Notes: generated by a model not told the origin, from the sequence alone. A DNA stretch of 61,505 nt from Draconibacterium orientale (GCA_020718225.1 DYSO01000003.1:1-61505); one strand, 5' to 3'; shown: positions 1-8,880, numbered from the stretch's first letter. Translations and numbers: made by a program.

Positions 1-106
1 CCTTTCATGCTGCAATGTAATTATTTTTTACTTGCTTATTGTGGATAAGCAGTAAGAAAAAATCGGATATAGTCTGGGTGATACCGCCTCTCACTTCGTT
101 TGGGAT

Positions 107-1375
107 ATGGTTGGATTCTGGCTCTTGTTTTTTTATACCGATGTTTATGGGATTTCTGCTGCAGCAGCAGGAACTATTATGTTAATTGCCCGTTTTTGGG
201 ACATGGCAATCGACCCGGTTATCGGCGTACTATCTGACAGAACGAATACACGATGGGGAAAATTCAGACCGTACATTCTGTTTGGCGCCATTCCTTATGC
301 AGTATTGGCCATTCTCACTTTTACCACACCAAATCTTGGCCAAACTGGTAAGATTCTGTATGCCGGGGCAACCTACATTCTCTTAATGACTGCCTATGCA
401 GCTATAAACCTGCCTTATTCAGCTTTGGGAGCCGTAATGACCGACGATACCTATGAACGGGCCGGATTGAATACCTATCGCTTCATCGCCGGTTTCACCG
501 GGCAATTTGTTGTGACCGGGCTGGCGCTGACCTTAGCCGAATTTTTCGGTGGCGGCGATAAAGCCCGGGGATTCCAGTACACCGTTTTTTTGTTTGCAGG
601 CCTAAGCTTAATATTCTTTTTTATCACCTTTAAAACAACAAAGGAGCGCGTTCACCCTCCCAAAGAGCAGGTGAATTCACTGAAAGAAGATGTTGGAAAC
701 CTCTTCAAAAACAAAGCCTGGATCATACTGGCCCTCGTGGGCATCATTTCATTCATCATGTTCGCCATGCAAAATGCGGCCATTGCCTACTATTTTAAAT
801 ATTATCTGGGCCGTGAAAACAATGTACAGCTTTTCAATGTAATCGGCACCGTTGCCCTGATTGTTGCATTACCGCTGTCAAAACCATTGGCCAAACGTTT
901 TGGAAATAAAAATGTATTCATTGGCAGTTCGTTAATTTCAGGATTGTTTTTTATGCTCATATACCTGCCGGGAGTAACCGACCTGACCACCATCTATGTT
1001 TTCAACATCATTGCCAAGATGGCCTATGCCCCGGCTGTTCCGTTGCTCTGGACCATGATTGCCGATGCAGCCGATTATGGAGAATGGACAACAGGCCGTC
1101 GAGCTACAGGATTATATTTCTCGGCTGCTGTTTTTGCCCAAAAAGCGGGATGGGGAATTGGGGCAGCCATCGCAGGCTGGATATTGGCCGCTTCCAGTTT
1201 TGTACCCAATGTTATTCAAAACGATACCGCCATTACAGGCATAAAATTACTGGTTTCAGTTATCCCCGGTATTTTGTACATGTCGTGTGCTTTGTTCATG
1301 ATTTTTTATAAAATAGACGCCAAAACCACGTCATTGATGAAACAAGAATTGGCCACAAAAAGAGCCCAAAAATGA
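107..1375 (+). CDS. MFS glycoside-pentoside-hexuronide (GPH):cation symporter; family homology extends upstream to about 56 but is preceded by an in-frame TAA (53-55)
   Basis: Multiple hydrophobic TM segments; GPH motifs FFYTDVYGIS, DAIDP-like DMAIDPVIG..SDRT.TRWGKFRPY, and DYGEW..GRR..G; the in-frame upstream sequence reads EKIGYSLGDTASHFVWD. Confidence 0.9.
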   Translation: MVGFWLLFFYTDVYGISAAAAGTIMLIARFWDMAIDPVIGVLSDRTNTRWGKFRPYILFGAIPYAVLAILTFTTPNLGQTGKILYAGATYILLMTAYAAINLPYSALGAVMTDDTYERAGLNTYRFIAGFTGQFVVTGLALTLAEFFGGGDKARGFQYTVFLFAGLSLIFFFITFKTTKERVHPPKEQVNSLKEDVGNLFKNKAWIILALVGIISFIMFAMQNAAIAYYFKYYLGRENNVQLFNVIGTVALIVALPLSKPLAKRFGNKNVFIGSSLISGLFFMLIYLPGVTDLTTIYVFNIIAKMAYAPAVPLLWTMIADAADYGEWTTGRRATGLYFSAAVFAQKAGWGIGAAIAGWILAASSFVPNVIQNDTAITGIKLLVSVIPGILYMSCALFMIFYKIDAKTTSLMKQELATKRAQK

Positions 1376-2862
1376 AAAAATTCAGAATATATTTAGCCAT
1401 TCCACTGATGACCATTTTAATGAGTAGCCATGGACAGCATAACAGGCTGTTGGTCGATGTCTTTGAAACTTCTGCAAATGGAAATAAACTCAAACGAATA
1501 ACTGAATTTACTTCCGGTAGCAGATTTATATCTATTCAATTGTTACCCGACCTGAAATTTCAAACCATCACCGGATTTGGCGGATCGTTTACAGAAGCCT
1601 CTGCTTACTTGTTAAACCAACTAAGCAAGAAAAACCGTGATCTGATTTTAGATGCATATTTCGGACAAGAAGGTGCCAGGTACTCCTTAACACGTACGCA
1701 TATCAGTTCGTGCGATTTTTCATTGAGAAATTATTCATATGCACCCATAAAAGGGGACATTGAACTAAAACATTTTTCAATCGACGAGGACAGGGATGAC
1801 CTGATTCCGATGATCAGGGACGCAATGTCGCATTCCAAAGATGGATTTAAAATTGTCGCTTCACCCTGGACCGCCCCACCCTGGATGAAGGACAATAACG
1901 ATTGGCGCGGAGGTAAATTATTGCCCAAATATTATGATAGTTGGGCCTTGTTTTTCTCAAAGTATCTTGCCGAATACAAAAAAGCGGGTATCAATATTTG
2001 GGGATTAACTGTTGAGAATGAACCTCTCGGGTGTGGCAACAACTGGGAAAGTATGATCTATTCACCCGAAGAAATGGTGGATTTTGTTCAAAATCATCTC
2101 GGTCCCAGACTGGAAGCCGGCGGACACCATGTAAAAGTACTGGCTTATGACCAAAATCGCGGAGAAGAATTGGAAAAATGGGTAAAAGTGATTTACAAAG
2201 ATGAAGTATCATCAAAGTATTTCGATGGTTTTGCTGTTCACTGGTATGCAAGTACATTTGATTGGTTTCCTGAATCATTGAATTTTACACACAAAATGGC
2301 TCCCGGCAAGCATCTCATTCAATCTGAGGCATGTGTTGATGCGGAAGTGCCTCATTGGCAAGATGATCCATGGTATTGGTCGGAAGAAGCAACCGATTGG
2401 GGATGGGATTGGGCGCCAGCAGATCAGAAGAAGTTTCATCCAAAATATGTTCCTGTATATCGTTATGCCAGAGATATTATCGGTTGCATGAATAATTGGG
2501 TTGATGGTTGGGTTGACTGGAACATGGTTTTAGACCGACAAGGGGGTCCCAACTGGTTTCATAATTGGTGCGTTGCGCCGGTAATCATTGATCCGGAGAA
2601 GGATGAAGTCTATTTCACGCCTTTGTATTATACGCTGGCCCATTTTAGCAAATTTATCCGGCCCGGCGCTGTACGTATTGGATTTAAAAACCCTGACCCA
2701 TCGTTAATGCTGACTGCAGCTCAGAATCCTGACGGAACTATTGCTGTTGTAGTGTTAAATATGGATTCAGAATTGAAAAATATTAGACTTTCATTTGGTG
2801 ATCGTTCTGTTGAACTTCAAATAAGCCCCCGGGCAATACAAACCATTATCGTTTTGTCATGA
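1372..2862 (+). CDS. Glycoside hydrolase family 30 (glucosylceramidase / beta-1,6-glucanase-like), secreted
   Basis: FQTITGFGGSFT, ASPWTAPPWMK, acid/base ENEP, nucleophile region QSEAC, WVDWNM..D..GGPNW; ATGA overlap with the transporter. Confidence 0.9.
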   Translation: MKKFRIYLAIPLMTILMSSHGQHNRLLVDVFETSANGNKLKRITEFTSGSRFISIQLLPDLKFQTITGFGGSFTEASAYLLNQLSKKNRDLILDAYFGQEGARYSLTRTHISSCDFSLRNYSYAPIKGDIELKHFSIDEDRDDLIPMIRDAMSHSKDGFKIVASPWTAPPWMKDNNDWRGGKLLPKYYDSWALFFSKYLAEYKKAGINIWGLTVENEPLGCGNNWESMIYSPEEMVDFVQNHLGPRLEAGGHHVKVLAYDQNRGEELEKWVKVIYKDEVSSKYFDGFAVHWYASTFDWFPESLNFTHKMAPGKHLIQSEACVDAEVPHWQDDPWYWSEEATDWGWDWAPADQKKFHPKYVPVYRYARDIIGCMNNWVDGWVDWNMVLDRQGGPNWFHNWCVAPVIIDPEKDEVYFTPLYYTLAHFSKFIRPGAVRIGFKNPDPSLMLTAAQNPDGTIAVVVLNMDSELKNIRLSFGDRSVELQISPRAIQTIIVLS

Positions 2863-2930
2863 CTTTGGCGCCCCGAGCTTAAGTGAACTTTAATCCGCCG
2901 AAATAATCGGAATCCGCTCTCTGAAATTTG

Positions 2931-2952
2931 GCTGGTTGTATCAGAAACCAGC
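2931..2952 (+). terminator. Possible stem-loop downstream of GH30
   Basis: GCTGGTT (2931-2937) / AACCAGC (2946-2952), 8-nt loop; U-tract poor. Confidence 0.25.
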
Positions 2953-3315
2953 GCTGTTTGTCCGAAATAATCAGTTCGCTAAGATTTATTGAAGCAACAC
3001 AAAACCTAATATCCTGACCTGAGTTCCGGGTGGTTTTTTTGAGAATATAATTGCTATGTTGCTTGTTTTAAATCATATGTGAGTTCGACTTTACCCTGTT
3101 GATGTATTCATGATGTAACTATTACGGGGTCTTTGCTGCATAATAGATGTACATTATTATTTTGATACGGGTACGTTACCATCTTATTTTAGCTAACTCA
3201 TTCCAGGCTTTACCACCTTAAAAAGCAATCAGATCAAGTTAATTTGGGTTACAAATAAAAAATTATTTAACCAACCTTCATGATAAAAGTAAAACTAAAT
3301 TTAAAACAATCTGTG

Positions 3316-4983
3316 ATGAAAAAACAATTCCTATTTGCAATTCTAAGTATTTTTCTTTCAGCATTTTGCGTTGGTCAAACGCAGGTCGATTTACCCGTCA
3401 CCTTCGACGACCCCAACGTGAACTACAACCTGGTTGATTTTGGCGGTAACGTCAGCAGCATTGTAGCCGATCCGGTTGTCCCGACAAACCTGGTCTGCCA
3501 GGTCATCAAATCAAATACCGCTGAACTCTGGGCAGGCACCACCATTGGCGGATCGGCCGGTTTTGCAACTGCCATCCCGTTTGCTCCCGGTTCAACCACA
3601 ATGACCATGCGGGTCTATTCGCCCGATGCCGGGATCCCCATCCGTATGAAGGTCGAAGACCCGAACGATCCTACAAAAAGCGTGGAAACCGAAGATGTAA
3701 CAACCACTGCCAATGACTGGGAAACCCTTGTTTTTAACTTTGCAAACCAGGCTCCCGGAACAGCCGGCATTAATTTCGGCTATACCTATCAAAAACTCTC
3801 GGTATTCTTCAACTTCGGGGTTACCGGCGCCGTTGCAGGTGAAAAAACCTATTTCTGCGATGATATTGAATTCGGCGGATCATCCCCGGTTAACATCAAT
3901 GTGACTTTCCAGGTGCAAAATCCCGATTCAAGCCCGGTTTATGTATTCGGAAGCTGGGGCAACTGGGCCAACTGGCCCGGTGATCCAATGACCGATGCTG
4001 GAAATGGATTATTTACGGCTACCCTTTCCCTGGCTCCGAACGCTGCATACGAATACCTGTTCGTGAATGGAATCGATCCGGTGAAGGAAGTACTCGATCC
4101 TGCCTGGTCCTGCACCAATGGCAATGGAGAATACACCAACCGGCTGTCAATGCTGGGCAGCGCCGATACAACAATCTGTTATGTATGGGATTCTTGTACA
4201 TTTTGCAATATACAAATATTGGAGCAGGTCGATTTACCCGTCACCTTCGACGACCCCAACGTGAACTACAACCTGGTTGATTTTGGCGGTAACGTCAGCA
4301 GCATTGTAGCCGATCCGGTTGTCCCGACAAACCTGGTCTGCCAGGTCATCAAATCAAATACCGCTGAACTCTGGGCAGGCACCACCATTGGCGGATCGGC
4401 CGGTTTTGCAACTGCCATCCCGTTTGCTCCCGGTTCAACCACAATGACCATGCGGGTCTATTCGCCCGATGCCGGGATCCCCATCCGTATGAAGGTCGAA
4501 GACCCGAACGATCCTACAAAAAGCGTGGAAACCGAAGATGTAACAACCACTGCCAATGACTGGGAAACCCTTGTTTTTAACTTTGCAAACCAGGCTCCCG
4601 GAACAGCCGGCATTAATTTCGGCTATACCTATCAAAAACTCTCGGTATTCTTCAACTTCGGGGTTACCGGCGCCGTTGCAGGTGAAAAAACCTATTTCTG
4701 CGATGATATTATTTTCGGATATCAAGTGTCAGTCAACTCCATCTTAAGTGATGAAATGAAACTTAGCTTGACAAAAGAAGGTATTTGTATCATGTCAAAT
4801 ACAATAACAGAGGTTGATCAAGTGGGCGTATATGATATCATGGGAAGAAACCTTCATTTCTCCGAAAAGAGACAGGCTGTCAATAACCTGATACCATTAT
4901 CCCTTCATCCCGGATCTTTTTATCTCGTCAAGATAAAAGCCAACAACCAAATCATAACATTTAAAAAGCTCTTGATGAATTAA
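3316..4983 (+). CDS. Secreted, apparently non-catalytic multi-module protein: signal peptide, CBM-like domain A, CBM20/48-like Ig domain, identical domain A', T9SS-like C-terminal sorting domain (ORF track starts at 3280)
   Basis: MKKQFLFAILSIFLSAFCVGQ signal peptide; duplicated 162-aa module QVDLPVTFDD...TYFCDDI; middle domain VYVFGSWGNW...YEYLFVNG; C-terminal YDIMGR...YLVKI...KKL. Confidence 0.7.
   Translation: MKKQFLFAILSIFLSAFCVGQTQVDLPVTFDDPNVNYNLVDFGGNVSSIVADPVVPTNLVCQVIKSNTAELWAGTTIGGSAGFATAIPFAPGSTTMTMRVYSPDAGIPIRMKVEDPNDPTKSVETEDVTTTANDWETLVFNFANQAPGTAGINFGYTYQKLSVFFNFGVTGAVAGEKTYFCDDIEFGGSSPVNINVTFQVQNPDSSPVYVFGSWGNWANWPGDPMTDAGNGLFTATLSLAPNAAYEYLFVNGIDPVKEVLDPAWSCTNGNGEYTNRLSMLGSADTTICYVWDSCTFCNIQILEQVDLPVTFDDPNVNYNLVDFGGNVSSIVADPVVPTNLVCQVIKSNTAELWAGTTIGGSAGFATAIPFAPGSTTMTMRVYSPDAGIPIRMKVEDPNDPTKSVETEDVTTTANDWETLVFNFANQAPGTAGINFGYTYQKLSVFFNFGVTGAVAGEKTYFCDDIIFGYQVSVNSILSDEMKLSLTKEGICIMSNTITEVDQVGVYDIMGRNLHFSEKRQAVNNLIPLSLHPGSFYLVKIKANNQIITFKKLLMN
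3381..3867 (+). repeat. 487-bp direct repeat, copy 1 (intragenic)
   Basis: Read base by base against 4224-4710 (offset 843) with no mismatch seen; mismatches begin immediately outside both ends. Confidence 0.95.
4224..4710 (+). repeat. 487-bp direct repeat, copy 2 (intragenic)
   Basis: Identical to 3381-3867; duplicated shadow ORFs in the track show the same 843 offset. Confidence 0.95.
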
Positions 4984-5039
4984 ATAAAATGGTTCCGGTC
5001 GGTATTTAATGGCATGGATCGGTAATCGGTTTTCCGGCA

Positions 5040-6194
5040 TCAATAAAGTGTCAACCTTTTCACATCATCTTCCGTGATGATGTTGTCACAAAGGATAACC
5101 AGGCGTTCTACCACATTTTTCAATTCGCGTACGTTTCCGCTCCAACGAATGGTTTTCAATTCATTGATGGCTTCCGGCGTTAATTCTTTGGGCGCTTTAC
5201 CCATCCCGGCGCAAAAATCAACAATAAAATGCTGCACAAGCATCGGTATATCATCAATACGCTTTGACAATGAAGGGACGTCGATGATGATCACACTTAA
5301 TCGGTGGTAGAGATCTTCCCTGAATGTTTTATGAAGGATCTCTTCACGGATATTTTTATTGGTAGCAGCAATGACCCTGACATCGACCATGATCTCTTTT
5401 TCGCCCCCCACCCGTGTGATCTTCTTTTCCTGAAGGGCACGCAACACCTTCGACTGGGCAGAAAGGCTCATATCGCCAATCTCGTCCAAAAACAAAGTCC
5501 CTCCGTTTGCCTGCTCAAAATCACCTTTGTGCTGTTTAATGGCTGAGGTAAAAGAGCCCTTTTCGTGTCCGAATAAATTACTTTCAATTAATTCAGCCGG
5601 GATTGCCGCACAGTTAACCTCCACGAAAGGACCATTGGCACGTTGGCTCAATGCGTGAAGATGACGGGCAACCAGTTCTTTCCCCGTACCGCTCTCACCG
5701 GTTATCAGTACCCGGGCTTCAGTTGGCGCCACTTTATCAATTATCTGCCGGATCTGTTGTATGGCTTCAGATTCGCCAATCATGGCATAGCTGTTGCCAA
5801 TTTTCTGACGCAACTTGCGGGTTTCATCAAGCAAATCCTTTCGGACAAGGGCATTGCGTAACGTTACCAGTAACCTGTTCAGGTCAAGGGGCTTTGCGAT
5901 ATAATCATAGGCCCCTGTTTTGATGGCTTCAACCGCGGTCTCAATGGTACCATGACCGGAAATCATAATAACCGGTGTATCCGTGATTTTCATGACCTGG
6001 GACAACACCTCCATCCCATCCATTCTCGGCATTTTGATGTCACAAAGAATAACATCATACTTGTCCTCATTAACCCGTTTTATCCCTTCCACCCCATCGG
6101 AAGCTTCATCAACCTGATACTTCTCATACTCCAATATCTCCCTGAGGGTATTGCGTATGCTTTTTTCATCGTCGATAATAAGGATCCGGTTCAT
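5040..6194 (-). CDS. NtrC/NtrX-family response regulator (REC + AAA+), no evident C-terminal HTH
   Basis: REC ILIIDDE..LCDIKMP..DG; Walker A GESGTGKE; VNCAAIP; GGTLFLDEIG; FREDLYHRL; WSGNVREL. Confidence 0.9.
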   Translation of the reverse strand: MNRILIIDDEKSIRNTLREILEYEKYQVDEASDGVEGIKRVNEDKYDVILCDIKMPRMDGMEVLSQVMKITDTPVIMISGHGTIETAVEAIKTGAYDYIAKPLDLNRLLVTLRNALVRKDLLDETRKLRQKIGNSYAMIGESEAIQQIRQIIDKVAPTEARVLITGESGTGKELVARHLHALSQRANGPFVEVNCAAIPAELIESNLFGHEKGSFTSAIKQHKGDFEQANGGTLFLDEIGDMSLSAQSKVLRALQEKKITRVGGEKEIMVDVRVIAATNKNIREEILHKTFREDLYHRLSVIIIDVPSLSKRIDDIPMLVQHFIVDFCAGMGKAPKELTPEAINELKTIRWSGNVRELKNVVERLVILCDNIITEDDVKRLTLY

Positions 6195-6204
6195 AGAAGA
6201 AAAT

Positions 6205-6231
6205 AATTACCAATTACCAATTACGAATGAC
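6205..6231. repeat. Heptamer tandem repeat (AATTACC)2 AATTACG AATGAC, just upstream of the regulator start
   Basis: Direct reading of 6205-6231. Confidence 0.8.
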
Positions 6232-6290
6232 AATTCAAGAATAGGGAATAAGAATACATGATTGAAGATCAAAGGTAGTTAAAGTTTTGA

Positions 6291-6298
6291 TACTTTTG
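6291..6298 (+). promoter_or_regulatory. Bacteroidota sigma-A -7 element TACTTTTG
   Basis: Matches TAnnTTTG, 7 nt before the ATG at 6306. Confidence 0.5.
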
Positions 6299-6305
6299 TG
6301 TTGTC

Positions 6306-8651
6306 ATGAAAAGTTGTGCGACCTATATCCTCCTGTTGATCCTGGTAATTTTATTAATTGCAAATTTTTCAACACCTTCCTTTTCCAATATAAACAACCA
6401 TTTTTCCTCCCCTCCCGTCCAACCTGTCCAACCCGTCTCCCGCTCCAATCTCCTTTTCCCCTGGGCTGGAGGGTTAAATTCCTGCCAGTTTTGTGCACTT
6501 GACCTGAACCTCGATGGCATTGAAGATCTCCTTATTTTCGACCGTCATGGCAACCGGAAACTTACTTTTATAAATGGTGGCACACCCAATTCCACAGACT
6601 TTACCCATGCCCCGGAATATGCAGGTAAACTTCCAGAACTCCATGATTGGGTAATCAGTGCAGACTATAACTGCGACGGGAAAAAAGATCTTTTTACCTA
6701 TGGTTTTGGCGGGGTCAGGGTTTTTCAAAACATTTCGGACTCTATATTAAAATTCAAACTCATCACCGATTTACTCGAATCTTATTATTACACCGGAAAA
6801 GTAGGAATCCTTGTTACCAGTGTTGATTATCCGGCCCTGGCCGATATTGACAACGATGGGGACCTTGATTTATTGACTTTTTTCGGTCTCGGTTCTTTTG
6901 TCGAATATCATAAAAATCTCTCCATGGAAAAATACGGGACCTGCGATAGTCTCGATTACCGACTTACCGATCATTGCTGGGGGAAGTTCAAGGAGAGTGA
7001 AGGGGGTAACCACATTGAACTTAACACTGTCTGTCCCTATATGGATTGTTTACCACATACTCCTGAGGATGAACAACAAGCTGCCGGGATGATGGGCCCG
7101 GGAGCGCCAAAACACACCGGCTCCACCATGATTGCAACCGATCTGAACAACGACGGATTAAAAGATCTTCTGCTCGGAGATGTTGATTTTCCGGGTTTAA
7201 TCATGCTTACCAACGGAGGTACAATCGACACGGCACAGATGATAGCGCAGGATTCAACCTTTCCCTCCAATTCGCAGACTGTCAAACTGTTTTCTTTTCC
7301 TGTGGCCTCCTGGCTGGATATGGATAACGACGGTTTGAACGACCTGGTCATCTCCCCTTTTGACCCGAATTTAGTGATTGCCGAAAATTTCAATTGTACC
7401 TGGTTTTATAAAAACAGAGGAAGTAACACACAACCGGTTTTTGAATTTCAGACCTCGCGGTTTTTTCGCAGTGAGATGATGGACTTTGGTTCAAATGCCT
7501 TCCCGGTATTGTATGATTTTGATGGCGACGGACTCACCGATCTGTTTGTCGGTAACTGGGGTTATTACAATTCATCTTATTATTCGCAGGGGGTACTTCA
7601 TTCATTGTACACATCATCCATCGCTTATTTTAAAAACATCGGTAGCAGTAAAGTTCCTGTTTTTGAATATGTTACCAACGATCTTGCCGGTATTTCCAAC
7701 CTTCAACTGTTAGGGGCTTATCCTTCCTTTGGTGATCTGAACGGAGACAGCTTCACCGACCTGCTGATCGGAAATGCAGACGGAACCCTGATCTTTTTTC
7801 CCAATTCGGGAACAAAGGGGAATGTTCCTGTTTTCGGGAAACCCCAGCCCAATTATCAGCAAATTAATGTGGGCGCTTATAGTACACCGCAACTTTTTGA
7901 TCTTGACAGGGATGGTTTCCCGGAACTAATCATCGGGGAACGTCAGGGTAACCTGAATTATTACCACAACCAGGCCTCCCTGAACGATCCGGTTTTTACG
8001 TTGGTGACCGACAGTTTGGGGAAGATCAATGTTACCAATTATCACATTTCCTGGAATGGTTACAGTACCCCCTGCTTTTTTCGTTTGCCGGATACAGGTA
8101 CAAGGCTTCTGGTAGGATCTGAAGAAGGAAAGTTATATCTGTTTGATTCAATTGACGGGAACCTCGAAGGAAAATTTTCTCCTGCTACCGACCTTTATCT
8201 CCTGACAGGTGCAGCGCCCAGGGATAGTACTTATGGGTGGCGCACTTCCGGCGCTATTGCCCTGCTAAGCGACCCCGAAAAATTTGACCTTATTGTGGGA
8301 AATTTTTCCGGCGGGCTGAATTACATCAGCTCAAAATCTCCTGCCCTGATCATTCCCGGAATCAACCAGACTGAACCTCCGGAAAAAACCAGACTTCTCG
8401 TTTTTCCAAATCCGGCAGATGACCATGTTTATGTTGAATTCAACAACGCATCTCTTCCTTCTATGGTAAACACTGACCTCCATGGTCCGGTTCCCATTCA
8501 AACCCTCGGCGTTTTCGACATCTTTGGACAAAAATTACGGGATTATACATGGAAAGGGCAACTGCGATTAGATACTTCCATTTTTCCTGATGGCATATAC
8601 CTGCTCAGAACTGGTTCTATGACCCTTAAACTGATCATCCAACATCCCTGA
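6306..8651 (+). CDS. FG-GAP repeat (beta-propeller, Ca-binding) protein with T9SS C-terminal sorting domain
   Basis: About 8 DxDxDGxxDL motifs (DLNLDGIEDL, DYNCDGKKDL, DIDNDGDLDL, DLNNDGLKDL, DMDNDGLNDL, DFDGDGLTDL, DLNGDSFTDL, DLDRDGFPEL); signal peptide; VFPNPA...FDIFGQ...GIYLL. Confidence 0.85.
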   Translation: MKSCATYILLLILVILLIANFSTPSFSNINNHFSSPPVQPVQPVSRSNLLFPWAGGLNSCQFCALDLNLDGIEDLLIFDRHGNRKLTFINGGTPNSTDFTHAPEYAGKLPELHDWVISADYNCDGKKDLFTYGFGGVRVFQNISDSILKFKLITDLLESYYYTGKVGILVTSVDYPALADIDNDGDLDLLTFFGLGSFVEYHKNLSMEKYGTCDSLDYRLTDHCWGKFKESEGGNHIELNTVCPYMDCLPHTPEDEQQAAGMMGPGAPKHTGSTMIATDLNNDGLKDLLLGDVDFPGLIMLTNGGTIDTAQMIAQDSTFPSNSQTVKLFSFPVASWLDMDNDGLNDLVISPFDPNLVIAENFNCTWFYKNRGSNTQPVFEFQTSRFFRSEMMDFGSNAFPVLYDFDGDGLTDLFVGNWGYYNSSYYSQGVLHSLYTSSIAYFKNIGSSKVPVFEYVTNDLAGISNLQLLGAYPSFGDLNGDSFTDLLIGNADGTLIFFPNSGTKGNVPVFGKPQPNYQQINVGAYSTPQLFDLDRDGFPELIIGERQGNLNYYHNQASLNDPVFTLVTDSLGKINVTNYHISWNGYSTPCFFRLPDTGTRLLVGSEEGKLYLFDSIDGNLEGKFSPATDLYLLTGAAPRDSTYGWRTSGAIALLSDPEKFDLIVGNFSGGLNYISSKSPALIIPGINQTEPPEKTRLLVFPNPADDHVYVEFNNASLPSMVNTDLHGPVPIQTLGVFDIFGQKLRDYTWKGQLRLDTSIFPDGIYLLRTGSMTLKLIIQHP
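6414..6440 (-). repeat. 9-bp unit repeat inside the CDS (encodes PVQ-PVQ-PVS); 6414-6432 is the exact reverse complement of 50911-50929
   Basis: CCCGTCCAA CCTGTCCAA CCCGTCTCC. Confidence 0.75.
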
Positions 8652-8817
8652 TTCTTTTCATTTGTCTTAATTTTCATCAGGCATACCCGATTCCGGATTA
8701 CTGATGTCACCGTCTCCCCATTTCCCTGAAACAACAAGGATTGATAATCCAATGCCATTGTTTTTTAGGTATGATTTAAACGAAAAAAGAAGAATGATAT
8801 AAAAAAGTTATTAACAA

Positions 8818-8843
8818 GTGGAGGTTTGTGGAGGAAAGTGGAG
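8818..8843 (+). promoter_or_regulatory. MraZ operator: three GTGGAG direct repeats at 10-bp period
   Basis: GTGGAG-gttt-GTGGAG-gaaa-GTGGAG directly upstream of mraZ; same architecture as characterised MraZ-binding repeats; followed by the -7-like TATATTTA (8853-8860). Confidence 0.85.
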
Positions 8844-8880
8844 TTTTTTATCTATATTTACACTCGAAAAAAAAAGAGCG

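Noticed and set aside
2863-3279. ncRNA or riboswitch in the 417-bp intergenic region; 11-bp direct repeat CCGAAATAATC (2898, 2962); LacI-like GGGTACGTTACC near 3169
   Set aside because: No recognisable RNA family motif; the repeat is short and the palindrome has two mismatches. An Rfam/Infernal search would be needed
8867-8875. A9 homopolymer as a phase-variation tract
   Set aside because: It lies in the A-rich untranslated leader typical of Bacteroidota genes
8818-8880. N-terminal extension of MraZ in the ORF track
   Set aside because: It translates the operator and promoter; homology starts at GTG 8881
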